DNA of 64,000 nucleotides, taken from the NCBI RefSeq assembly GCF_018350175.1, contig NC_058368.1, positions 76,758,001-76,822,000 of the forward strand, read 5' to 3'. A program made the translations under genes and the position numbers. Below are positions 36,475 through 48,840 of the stretch, piece after piece. How positions within the stretch are numbered: the first letter of the stretch is position 1; each line of letters opens with the position of its first letter. Source of the DNA: Felis catus (taxonomy: Eukaryota). The notes beneath the pieces are model-generated. The model made no database searches and was not told the DNA's origin. It was given only the letters and a program-made list of their open reading frames with translations.

Positions 36475-37473
36475 GAATGTGATATAGTTGGATGACTAGA
36501 TTTCTTCCATCCATTTACTTCTCAATAAGATTTTCCTTGGGAGAGACCTCGCTGAGGCTTTTGGGTATGTCTCTATCCGAATATCTTACAACGACCTCAA
36601 ACTCGACATGTCCACACCAAGCTATAATTACCTTCCCACAGGCAGACTCGCTCACACACACATACCCTAACTTCACAACTCCTAGGAATAGAGCCACCAT
36701 TATGCCGCCCTTGCAGATTCTGGAATTATATCTGCTTCTCCCTCCCCCTCACCTTATACAGTGAGATCCCACCACCAGAAACTCTTTTCAGCTCTCCTTT
36801 TCCCTTCCATCGCAACCGTCCCAATTCCAAATTCATCCCCCGCCCCCCCTCGCACTTGAGAATTACAGGGGCCTCCTTGCTCCCGTTCCTTCCACCGTCT
36901 GACCCTCCCTCACATTTATGGCTCCCGCTCTTCACCTTTTGACAGCCTCTCAGGGGGTTAATATCGCCAGGCAACAGCTTTGTCCGCCTCGATTTCTAGA
37001 TCCTTCGCTTTAGGAACCCAACCTGGTCCACCGCCAGTCTGCCACTGCTCCCTTACACATAGACCGTGCTCCAGAGCAACCGGCTGACTCATCGTCCCCC
37101 CAGTCACGCCTGGGGCTTCTCACCCAGTATCTGCCCGTTGCTTATGCCCTTCCAGCCTTTAAAATCGCGCGCCCCTTCCATCCCCGCCTTTTGAAATCTC
37201 TGCCGTCCCAAAGCTCTGCTGCCCCTGTTGCCGCCTCTGTGCTACCGTGTCACATCCCAATGCAAGTCCCTTGTCTTTGAACCTTCCGCCCCACCCCCAG
37301 CACTTTGTGATTCCCTCATGACACTTGTCAAAGTCCACCCACCTTGTGCAATAGTTACCTGCAAACTCATCCTATCAAGCTTCCTCAGACTAAATAACTC
37401 AGAAAGTGACTCAGACGTCCCCTCTTTGCACTCCTGCTTTGCACAATGCAAGCCCTCTGCCCAGCTTGGTTGA

Positions 37474-37689
37474 TTTTTTTTTCTAATGTTTATTTATTTT
37501 TGAGACAGAGAGAGAGACAGAGTGTGAGTGGGGGAGGGGCAGAGAGAGAGGGAGACACAGAATCCCAAGCAGGCTCCAGGCTCTGAGCCATCAGCTCAGA
37601 GACTGACGTGGGGCTCGAACTCACGAACTGTGAGATTGTGACCTGAGCCACAGTCAGACGCTCAACCGACGGAGCCACCCAGGCGCCCC
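37474..37689 (-). mobile_element. Can-SINE (SINEC_Fc-like)
   Basis: Imperfect TSD gcttggttgatt/gctcggttgatt. Confidence 0.93.
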
Positions 37690-38702
37690 CCGCTCGGTTG
37701 ATTCTAAAATACTGATTGCTGATTGCCATAATACTTGAAGACCCTGAAAAACCGGAGAGGTGGAGGTTTCCATCCATATGTTGGTATGGTGAAGTTCTCG
37801 GAACAATGCCAGGCCTGCCACAGGCACCGTATTAGTCCTGTTAGCTCTCGGTCAGTGCTCAGACACAGGCAAGAGCAGGGCTCCGATGCCACGCTGCGCT
37901 GAATGAATGGAAACTAGGTGGAACCAATGCAGATTCTAAATTCGGAGCCTACCCCACAAATCACAGGGCCAGACACCAGCCCGGAGGGCCCTGCGCAACT
38001 GAAACAAAGGTCCCGAAGGCCTCAAGGCAAACAAAAGCCAACCTAGAGCCGTGGAAGGAAAGGTGACCTGGAACATTCCCTGTAGGGGACATTCCTAACC
38101 CCACCTGACCTCTGACCTTCGACTTACCCCGAAGGCTTGGAAGGTCACCCAAGACCCTGTCTCTTATCCAGATTGACCGCTGGGGCCAGCAGCCAAGGGG
38201 AGACTGGCCTTTTTACCTGTTTAGAGGGAAACATAAAGGAGGAAGCTAGAATACGTTCCGAAAAGGTGACTCCCGTTCAGGCTCCTTTGCGTGCTTGCCA
38301 GAACTTGTGGCCGCCACCCAGGAGGAGACAGTGCCTTCCTTCTGGAGACCGGCTGTCGTCCCACGCCCTTATTCTCTGCTGCCTGCAGAAAGGCAGCTAA
38401 TGAGCCCAGTGGGCCTTAGCCGGCCATGGGGAAGGATCTGCTTGAGAATATGGAAAATTTAATTCCCAGAGGCCATCACTGAGAGCTGTAATTTCAAGAA
38501 AGGTGCTTACACATAAATACAATAAATGCTTTTTCATCAGGCAGAGAGAAAACGAAAAGTAATCCCACCCTATGTACAACAAGGTAGCCGCCCATTTCTT
38601 GCAGGAGGGAATTGGTCTCGTGTACCTTATCTGAATCAGAAGTTTACACACTCATAGAATACTGTGCCTTGTTATGAATCTTAATACCTGTCAGTCTGAT
38701 AT

Positions 38703-38920
38703 TTATTTATTTATTTTAATGGGTATTTATTTTTGAGACAGAGAGAATCAGAGCATGAGTGAGGGAAGGGGCAGAGGGAGAGGGAGACACAGAATCCGAA
38801 ACAGGCTCCGGGCTCCGAGCTTGTCAGCACAGAGCCTGACGCGGGGCTCGAACCCACAAACTGCGAGATCATGACCTGAGCCGACGTAGGAAGCTTAGCC
38901 GACTGAGCCATCCAGGCACC
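38703..38920 (-). mobile_element. Can-SINE (SINEC_Fc-like)
   Basis: Imperfect TSD tcagtctgatattt/tcagtctaatattt. Confidence 0.93.
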
Positions 38921-39934
38921 TTTCAGTCTAATATTTAGGAGGAAAAGGGATAATCACATTAAAAAAATGCTCATTGTTTCAGAAATCATAACAGAACCTG
39001 ACCGACAGCAGCAAATAAAGCTCTGAGTTCTGAGAAACAAGGATTCTCAAGAGGAAGTGAAGAGACTGTATCCCAGGACACTGGCCGCTGACCCACCGTC
39101 ATTTGTACTCAAAACATGGACAAGGTCCCAGGCCATTTGCTCTCCACACGTCAGCTGATGTAGTCAGTACAACAATCCTAAAGAGGTAGAATTGTGTGGC
39201 GTAATAAGTCAATACTTGGAGTTTAAAGTAACTTAACCATTAAAAATAAATAAATAAACGAAGTGGAGAAAGACAATATGTTAGAAAACCGGCGAGGGGA
39301 GAGGGTCATCAGTCCCCAGACTATTAACTCATCAAAATCTCAAGATTTCTTTCATTCCTTCCAAGAAATAGTTGCTTTTGTTCATCCAGGAAGGATTTGT
39401 GTCAGGACACGGATAAAGGAGAGGTGACCTCATGATAATCAGTATGAGAGGGGGAGGAGGGACCTTGTGTTGATAAGTTACTGAATTTCAGGAAGGCTTT
39501 TTACTGATAACATACCTTTTAAAAGGGTCTCAGTATTTGTCCAGTAAAATATTTCGGATGCGCGAAATAGTCAAGTATTCATCCAGGAACATAAAACATT
39601 AAGGATCTCTTGATTAATTGAGACTTTAACTTTCTTTGTAACGCTACAGACAAGAAGCATTGTCAGATATATATTGTCTGACTATATATAGCAGGCTGAT
39701 CCTTCACCAAAACTCATCCTCTTCCTTGTTATAAAGCTCAGGGTGAAAGCAACCTTGGCCAAGGTCAGGTAGCCTGCATGGAAGGGTGGACCCCGTTAGA
39801 AAGCCCCAGATCGTGGTACCTTTCTGTTCTATCTCCCTGATTTGTTTATCTGCAAATAGCAATGATATCATTTCCCCCTGGGAGGGTTTTATAAGGAGTA
39901 AATGAGATAATGATGTATATAGAGTATTTGGCAT

Positions 39935-40295
39935 AGTTTATGGGTTGAATTGTGTCCCCTGAAAATTCATATGTTGAAAGGTTAACCCCAGTAGTTCAGA
40001 ATGTGGCTATATTTGGAGATAATAGCCTTTACCGAGGCAATTAAGCGAAAAAGGAGGTCATAATTCAATCTCACTGGTGTCCTTATAAGAAGGGATTAGG
40101 GCACAGACACACACAGAGGGAAGGCCACGGGAAGACCCAGGGAGAAGGCGGCCATCTACAAGCCAGGGAGAGAAGCCACAGAAGAAAGAAGCCTGCCGAC
40201 ACCTTGATCTGGAACTTCCAGCCTCCACAGCTGTGAGAAAATAAATTTCTGTTGGTTAAGCCACGAAGCACGTGGCATACTGGGCTATGGCGCGA
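39935..40295 (+). mobile_element. MLT1B-like solo LTR (MIR relic immediately upstream)
   Basis: tatgggttgaattgtgtcccc...cctgccgacaccttgatctggaacttccagcctccacagctgtgagaaaataaatttctgttg. Confidence 0.85.
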
Positions 40296-41475
40296 TCGTG
40301 AACTGTTACAACGTATGTTGTGCAGTAAATGTGAATTTCCCTCACGTTGGCAACCTAAGGGCTGACAGCTCCCATAATGAGCTTTCTCCAGTCCAAGACC
40401 CAGGCAAACTCTTGACCGCTCTGTATACACATTCTGTGCTGCCAGGATTGTGTCTCATTTCTTGTTTTATGTCCCCTCCCAGGCCCAGAGCCCAGCACTT
40501 GGCTGATAGCAAGAATCCTTTAAAAGATGAACGAAGACGAACTCTGCAAGACCCCTGGGCGGCCGCAGGCCCCCTTGAGAGAGCGGGTGAGCCTCTAAGA
40601 TCACCGGGCCTTGCGCCCATTAGCCCCATGGAGTAAAGGAAGCAGTGAGAAAATCCCGTTCATGGATCAGTAATAACAAATATTTAGTGGTTGCTTCTAG
40701 AAGAAGCATGATTCGAGCCTCTCTTTTTGCAGGTTATCGTGATAGCAATAAAACCGACAGATACCTAAACCAGTTTCGTGTGCACGGTGAACCGGATTAT
40801 TTGCCACACTGATCGGTAACAGGTGAGCACACGGTGTTGGAAGGACCCTGGTCACTCCCTGAAGCACGCAGGAATTATCACACAAATAAGTCACTGACAG
40901 TAGGAGTCTGAGGGTGAAATGTTCTTTGGAAACCGCCCCAACGAATAGGAATAACCCTACCTACCCACCCCGGGTGAAAACTGTCCTTCCTTTGTTCCCA
41001 TTCAATAATCCTTGAAGGCTCACATTCATAACCAAGAGAAAAAAAGGCACTGATGTCCTCGTGAGTGGTTATAAACCTACCTTGGGATGTGACAGATGAC
41101 CAGTGAGGCTACAGTCTGCAAGGTGATACGTTTGAATCTTGATTTAAGGAAAAACAAAAACATAAACAAAAACCAATATTTTAAAGCACTGGGATACGCC
41201 TAACAGCTTATCATTCTACAGCTTATCAGTTGCTCTGAGAACGAAGAATTGGCTCTTAGTATCTCCTGAGCAGGACAACGCCCTTAGCAACATCACCAAC
41301 TTTTGGTGTTAACTCTTTACTGGGTCTGGACGCTTAGCAGCAGAATATGAAACTGATTTTTTTTTTTCCTGATCACATATTCCATCCAGGTATAACGGAA
41401 TGTAAATGGCTTGTCTAAGAAAATGGTAAAAATTTTATTGAAGCGCAATGTTATTTAAAAATTCATTGTAAGCTG

Positions 41476-41698
41476 GGGGCGCCTGGGTGGCTCAGTCGGT
41501 TAAGCGTCCGACTTCAGCTCAGGCCATGATCTTGCGGTTCGTGGGTTCGAGCCCCGCGTCTGGCTCTGTGCTGACAGCTCAGAGGCTGGAGCCTGCTTCA
41601 GATTCTGTCTCCCTCTCTCTTTGCCCCTTCCCCGCTCGTGCTCTGTCTCTGTCTCTTAAAAATGAATAAATGTTTAAAAAAAATTTTTTTTTTTTTAA
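41476..41698 (+). mobile_element. Can-SINE (SINEC_Fc-like)
   Basis: Full length. Confidence 0.93.
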
Positions 41699-41729
41699 AT
41701 TTCATTTTAAGTTGAATATGTCATTCGTG

Positions 41730-41960
41730 CACGTAGCGGTTAGGAGCACAGACAGGCCCTGGAGTCAGACCTCACGCTCCTAACTAACAATGCCATATAT
41801 TCACCAGCGTGGGGAAATTATTCTCCCTCTCCCTGCCTCAGTCTCCCCATTTGGAAATGGGGGATAATGATGGCACCCATGTCAAAGGACTGCTGCGAAG
41901 GCCAACTGAGCAGAAACATCAGAAAGACTGAGAACTGTTTGTGGCACGCAGGAAGCACTC
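41730..41960 (+). mobile_element. MIR SINE relic
   Basis: gtagcggttaggagcacagac...ctctccctgcctcagtctccccatttggaaatgggggataatga. Confidence 0.7.
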
Positions 41961-43930
41961 AAAACCTTTTAGGTGTTGCTTTTCCACATCCTGCCAACGG
42001 CAATAATACTAACAGGTCCACAACTTGGAAATCTCTCTCTTGAATGGTTTTCAACGAGATGACCCTAAGGTAGCAATGGAAGCGGTAGGTACAAACACCT
42101 TGATGAAGATTCCAGCGCACGGGGGTATAATCGCGTTCATTCAATATAACAATTAAAGAGCTTTGCAGCAATACAGCGAGCTCATCTGGACAGATTCTGA
42201 TTAACCAACGAGAGGTGTGAGGAAGCGATTACAGAGCAGAAATTGGTAAGAAACAGTCAAATAGGTTGTGGAAAGCTGTAAATATTACTTTGTCGCCCTA
42301 ACAAAATGTACGTAATCATCAAACACACATTAGTGGAAAACAATATAGAACCTGACATGTAAATGAGGAATTGGAAGAGAAAAGAGAATCACAGGTCGAG
42401 AAGAAAAGTCAGCATTTTGTTTCATCTTCGATTTGACCGTCAGGCATCTTTCATTATTATTTAAGGTAAAATTCTTTATAATCACCTGCTACATTTAATT
42501 GCAATATTCACATACAGATACATAACTCTAGAACATCTCAAACTTTCACAAAGCCTCTAAATAGGAAAAAAAAAATACTTTGAACCAACACCCACCTGCC
42601 CTTTTATAACAAGCAGAGAGTCTCAATCCACGCGCGCACATCTGAGAACACTAGCCTTACACGACGGGTCTTGAGCTCTGTCCTGCAAAATAACAAAGTG
42701 ACAAGTTCCAGAGGGCGTAGCACCCCGCAGTCCAGGGAAAACACACACAACCCTGAAAGGCTTTGAAGAGTGGCCAGATTCCCCCAGACATTGATTGCTA
42801 CCACCTAGATTAGGCACTTGGTAGAATTTTTCCAGGAGAAAAAAAAAAAAAGAGTATGCTTTTGGTAACTACTTTAACACAGCCTAACTGAGAAATAAAT
42901 ATCTTCTCTCCAGATCTCAATTTCTTCAGGGAGGGGGTTAGGATCTGATTATCTCTGAATTACCACCTCAATTCCTACATTCCCGGACTCTTTGGAAGCA
43001 CGTCATATATCTTGCTCTATAAGAAGCTCTCAATAAATGAGTTTTACGGGTGAATGAATATATGCTATGCTCATCATCTTCCGTGTAATATACAAAAGTC
43101 TTTCTGAAGTCCAGCACTTAAGCAGGAATCCAACCTTAACTCCTCTTGACAAATCGGATGGATTTCGCGTCAGAATAAACTTCTCATAAAACAAACTATT
43201 AATGTATGTATATATATATATATATACACACACACATTCATTTCTTTGCTTTGATCCTTTGAATAAATTGAAGCTTATTTGGTCTAAGCATGGCACAGTC
43301 CCTTCAAGCTAACTGTCCATGGGTCAGTCATACTTGGTACATGTCACCGAAACCGTATTTTATTTTCCTGGGTTCGCTTATTTTTTTTTTTAAAGGCGTT
43401 TAAAACATTTCAAGGTATCTTAAGTTTGCCTCGCATCCAGATGGGCAACTTGCAAAGTTCAGAAATTCACTCTTCTCTGCCTTTGAAGGCAAGAACAAGT
43501 TGGCAGGGAACACTTGGCAGCAAATAAGGAGACGCTGGCCTGCACAGGATGAGAAGTAGATTGAGAGAAGGAGCTATATTGGGCGGTAGGTTTCCATTAA
43601 ATGGATGTCTTGGGCTTGCCATCTTTCACTGTAATTGCTGGTCCGGGAAGTTGACGGTCTCTGGAGATGAATCTATTTTAAGTTTAATGGATCAGTGGAA
43701 GCTATTGAGAGACTGGTACGACTCTTTCTCCTTGACTTTTCCAGTCCAAATGAAGGCATTGCTATCTATAAAGCTGTGCATGGATGTGCCAACACGCCCC
43801 CTCATCGCACCCAAAAAGAAACCACCTTCCATGGACTTTACCTATTGAAAATCTTTCATGCTGAAAGCACTAGGTCATTTATATTTATTAGCAGTTATAT
43901 ATGTGTTTTCCTGTATGATATACATTTATC

Positions 43931-43991
43931 ATAGATAGATAGATATAGATAGATGATAGATAGATAGATACATAGATAGATAGAGACAGAT

Positions 43992-44023
<32 letters not shown>

Positions 44024-44038
44024 CAGAGAGAGAGAGAA
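43931..44038. repeat. (GATA)n tetranucleotide STR followed by (GA)n
   Basis: Direct reading. Confidence 0.97.
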
Positions 44039-44392
44039 ACCCTTCTGATCACTGTGAAATTTTTCGTATTAACAAAATGAATTTATATAATGCCCAGGAA
44101 AAGCAAAGAAAATTCACATGCATTCAGCCTATCTATGTTTTGGTCTCATTGCAGGTAAGTGTGCAAGCTTCACGAACCTTTATTTGGAAGAGCCTTGGCA
44201 TTCAAACATGTAACCTTTGTGGATTAATAAAAAGCCCCCTTCAATGTTCATGGCACAGAATCGGTTGTTATTTTCTGAAGGGCAGATATAAATCATGCAC
44301 TGGTGTGTGCTACAAAGTGACTTAGCTCTTGAGGAACCCAAACGGTTCGCCAGCTTCCACATACTAAAGTCCTGAATGGGTGAGGAGGGGTG

Positions 44393-44785
44393 AGATGGGT
44401 TGAACTGTGTCTCTTTGAAATCCATAGACTGGGGTCCTACTCCCTGGTGCCCGTAACACGACCTTACTTGGAAGCAGGGTGTTTGCAGATGTATTCAACT
44501 TAAAATGAGGTCATAAGGATGATCTCTAATCCAACATGACTGGTGTCTCTATAAACAGAAGGAATTTGGGGGATGGACACACATACAGGGAGAACATGTA
44601 GATGTCCATCCAGAAGCCAGCGAGAGGGGCCTGGAGCAGAGTCTCCCTCCATAGCCTCAGAAGGAAGCAACACTGTCCACACCTTGACCTCAGAATGCCA
44701 GCGTCCAGAACCATGAGATAACACGTCTCTATTGTACAAGTCACCTGGTCTGTGGTACTTGGTCACAGCAGCCCTACACAGATAT
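44393..44785 (+). mobile_element. MLT1B/C-like solo LTR
   Basis: gatgggttgaactgtgtc...gaccttacttggaagcagggtgtttgcagatgta...tggtctgtggtacttggtcacagcagcccta. Confidence 0.8.
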
Positions 44786-44899
44786 AGGGGTATCAAGAAA
44801 TATAACCAGAGAGGAATGATGCAGACCAAGTTGTGGATTTTAGGGCTTTCATTCCAGGTGCACTGGGTCCGCCATGGTCCGATCCACATTTGTTATAGG

Positions 44900-45970
44900 T
44901 CCACCCAGCTACTGTGTAGAGAATGGATTAGAAGCTAGAATGGATGGCTGGAGAGAAGAAGGCAATTCCAGGAATCCAGGTAAGAGGTGACAGAGCTGGG
45001 ACCGGGGTGGTGGCGGAGAGGTGGATGGAAATGGCCTGAATCAGGATGTATCTGGAAGGTAGAACCAACAGGACTCAGTAAAGGACTGGATGTGAACTGA
45101 TGGGAGGTGGAGATGATAGCTTGGAGAATGGCTCATGGGCCTCTGGCTGGCACAGCTGTGTGGATGGTGTGAGCTCTTCCGAAAGGAAGCAGAAAGGAAG
45201 AGGGACACATTTAAGATGACGGGCCAAATATATTTTGGAAAGGAGTTTGGGATACCTGTGAGGGATGTAAATGTACCTTTCAGGCAGACGGGTAAACATC
45301 TAGATTTGGAACTCAGAAAAAAATCTAGTCTGAAAATATAAGACGGGGATCTGTTGGCAGAGAAATGGCATTGACAACTGTGGAGACAGTTGAGATCATC
45401 TAAGGCCAGAGGTAGAATGAGAAGACAAGAAGGCCCAAAACCAACCCCTGCAGAATGCTTAGAATTTCACTCTAGGGTGACATTTCTCAACCTTCGGTCT
45501 GCAGACATTTGGGGCCACGTAATTCTTGGTGGGCAGGGGCGGGGGGAGCACTGCCCTGTGCATTATAGGATGTTTACCAGCATCCCTGACCTCAACCCAC
45601 TAGATATTACCATCACCCCCTCAGCTACGACAACCCAAGATGTCTCCAGGCATTACCAAATGTCCCCTGTGAGCCAACTTAATCCCTGGTTGAGAACCAA
45701 TGGTGTTAGACCAAGTGTACATGGTGTAGACCAAACAAGCAAAGTAAAAGTATACGGAGTGACTAGAGATTGAGGAGGAAGAAAAGAAGCAGCCACAATG
45801 CGTCGAAAGCCAAGAGAAGAAACTATCTCAGGAATTAACATGCAAATCAATGCAAAATAGTCAAGGAATATATGTACTGGGAAGTGCCCAGCAGTTTCAA
45901 CAACATGGAAATCACCGGGGGCTTTAGCAAGAGGGATTTTGTTAAGCAACAGGAGCACATGGCAAATTGG
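44900..45970 (-). mobile_element. L2 LINE relic, interrupted by MER20
   Basis: atccaggtaagaggtgac, tggaaggtagaaccaacagga and aagccaagagaagaaa are L2-type segments. Confidence 0.6.
45475..45702. mobile_element. MER20 hAT-Charlie DNA transposon relic
   Basis: ttctcaacctt...ctgccctgtgcattataggatgtttaccagcatccctgacctc...atgtctccaggcattaccaaatgtcccct...ggttgagaacca. Confidence 0.85.
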
Positions 45971-48624
45971 AGTAGACTGCTATTATATTTTATTTGTACC
46001 GTTGACCACATATATCCATGTAACCGGTTTGTAATAATATTTGTGTAGGGGGTGGGGGAGGTTTAATGCCATTAGTCGCCCTGCTCAACAATCCCTCTTT
46101 GTTAACAGAACTTTCATTTTTTCATATGCTCTATAGTCTATTCATGGGAAACCACTTTACAATGCCAGTGGTGGTGACCTCATTCTCCTTGCCGGCTATT
46201 GGTTTAGGACCAGTCATGCAATAGAAATGTAGTCAATGACGACATCACAAGAACCCTGAAGGCTTTGGGTCAATGCTTCCTTGCTGATGCAGACAACCCA
46301 GAAGGGACACCGGTCTTCCTCTTCGGGGGATAGCCTCTCAAAATTCCTGGAGGATTTGGGCACTTTTACCACAATTTTTCTCTGCGCCGCGTAAGTAGAA
46401 TTAACCTGAGGGCAAGCTAACCAGTAAGTGTTGCAAGAGGAAAAATGGGAGGGACATGGGTCCTTGAACGAAGTGGTTAGAACTTTGAATCAACCAACCT
46501 GGAAGCCATCAGTCGCAGATGTCTTAATGGATTCAACCTAGCTTCCTTCCGCCTCCCATCTGTTTTCAGCAGTTTTAATTTGCTTGTTTATCGTCACCTC
46601 AGCATCTTTCCCTTGGGAATCTTCATTCTGTTGCCAACAACCTCTGGAACAATACGATCCTTTGCTTCTGATACTCTGTTCTCTTACTAACCTGAATGGA
46701 ATTCTGAGTTCCCCATTTCATGGTTTTCCAAAATAAGGCAAATCAACCATTGTCACCTCTTGGCCCCTGAGCTATTGTCTTCCACAACTGGTTTCTTGAA
46801 GCCAACTCAGGTAGCTCTTCCCTCCCCGTGTGGCTGTCGCCCACTGGCTTTCCCTGCTTCGGCCACACGCCTTGAGGGTTTGCACACTTGGTCCGTCACC
46901 CCCTTCCCCACCCCACCGGTGCCGTTTATTTTGATGATCCTTGCAAACCCGTAGCTCCACACTTCAGTGACCTCCAGTGGCCTTCAGCTATCCCCACTTT
47001 TAGCACCCACATTCACGGCCACACCTTGGACCTCATCATTACCTTGAAACTGTTCCACCTCCAAGATCTTAAACTCAGAAATTCTTTCCTCTATTACAAC
47101 CTCCTACTGCCTCACTCCTGGGAAGCTTCCTGTGCCCTTTGATCCTCAGCCCCTCCCCAATCTCTCACGGGTCCCTTTCTGGATATAAAACCTAATTGGA
47201 GGCCCCTTAGGAACTGAAAAGGGCAATCAATTATAACATATTAGGAGGTTCACTTCATCAGTACACTTTTCAAACAACTCAGCCTGGAACTACATGTGTT
47301 TAACTACTTCGATTAAATTTTCACCTGCACTCAAAATTCCTGCATTCTCTAAACCCATCTTATCAGAAGCCAAGTCAAGGATAACCTGCCATGAGTTTTC
47401 CCCACTCTTGACTCTCAGTTGTAGAAACTACAAAAGGTAATTAAATGACCACATGTAAGCCAGTATTTCTGCCCCAAATGTCTAAAAAAACACGCATGGG
47501 AAGGCCATTTTAAGAAGGACAACAACAGAAGTCTTCCAGCTAGCTGAAGAGGGAAACATCCGTAAAGAAGATGCTACAGAATGTGTCTTTTGTTTTCCGT
47601 AGGGTCACCTTTCTGTCCATTCAGAATGAGCTTTCGTTGGGTTCCCAGGTGCTTCTTTTCCCCCTGATTGCCCTTCTTCCCTCTTCCTTCACCCTGGCTG
47701 TCCCTTGAGATGCATGGTTAAGGCCATGGAACAGCCACCATTTGGGAAGATGACGGCAGGTACTGTGATCAGCGGGCTGTAATAATGCTGAATAGGAGTC
47801 GATTTAGGTCCTTCCGATTCTTCAGAATAGAACAGCTTCCCACTCTACCCAAAAAGCTTTCTTGAGAATGCTGGGCTCTTAACAACGAAACTTTGATGCA
47901 TTCCGTTGGAGATGCATTAGTAAAGCATTTAATTGACACATATTCACTATAACAGCTCGAGGAAATAATAATACAATTGCATACAAAATGATACAACTTT
48001 ATGCCCACCATTCCACTCACTGAGCCTGGCTGGGCGACGACCATGATGTCCTCACTTGCCCAACCCTAGAAACACTGCTCCCCTTCCATCTCAGAGATTC
48101 TTGTGCTTATTGAGAGAAAGTACGGAAGTCACCAATATGGCGTCATCACAAAGGATTTTCAGGAATAAGTTTGACCATCAGCTCTTTTTGCCCCACCAGC
48201 TGATTTGACCCTAACCTTGACTTAATTTCTGTCTTCCCTCTACCAGTTTTTTGCTGCCCTAGAAGACTCCTTTTCCACTGGGAGTAAGGATGAGAAGCTT
48301 CGGAAACCATATCATCCTGGAGACAAGCTTTTTGACATCAACTGGACCATCCAGATAACTCAGCAGCCACTCGCTCACAGGGAGCTGGCTTGCTCTCTGA
48401 CTTGCCTTGGTTCCCCCTTCCCATCTTCCCTGGCCCAGAGTCTACTGCCGTCCCTCCATGGCCACCCAGAAATCTCATCTCTTTTAACAGAGAAAACAGG
48501 GGTCATTAAGCTCCTCAAATTCCTTTCAGTGCAGCCCAAGGAACATTTAAAATTCTGTTCGTTTTTCACGTCAGGTCTGTTTCAGAGGGTATCTACCTTT
48601 CCAACACCAACCATCCCTAGTGTC

Positions 48625-48840
48625 TTCATGTACTAAAATACACAACATAAGATTTGCCGCTTTCACCATTTTTAACTGTACGGTCAGTGGCATTAAATAC
48701 ATTCACGGTGTTGAATGTACATTCACGGTGTTGAATGTACATTCACGGTGTTGTGCAGCCGTCACCACCACCTGTCTCCAGAACGTATCACCCCAGACAG
48801 AAGCTGCGTCCCCATTAGACAATAACACCCCACTCCCTGT
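48625..48840 (-). mobile_element. L1M 3' UTR fragment containing a 20-bp triplication
   Basis: accatttttaactgtacggtcagtggcattaaatacattcacggtgttgtgcagccgtcaccacc. Confidence 0.7.

Noticed and set aside
48698..48753. CRISPR-like palindromic repeats
   Set aside because: There are no spacers and no cas genes, and the context is eukaryotic. It is a simple tandem triplication.
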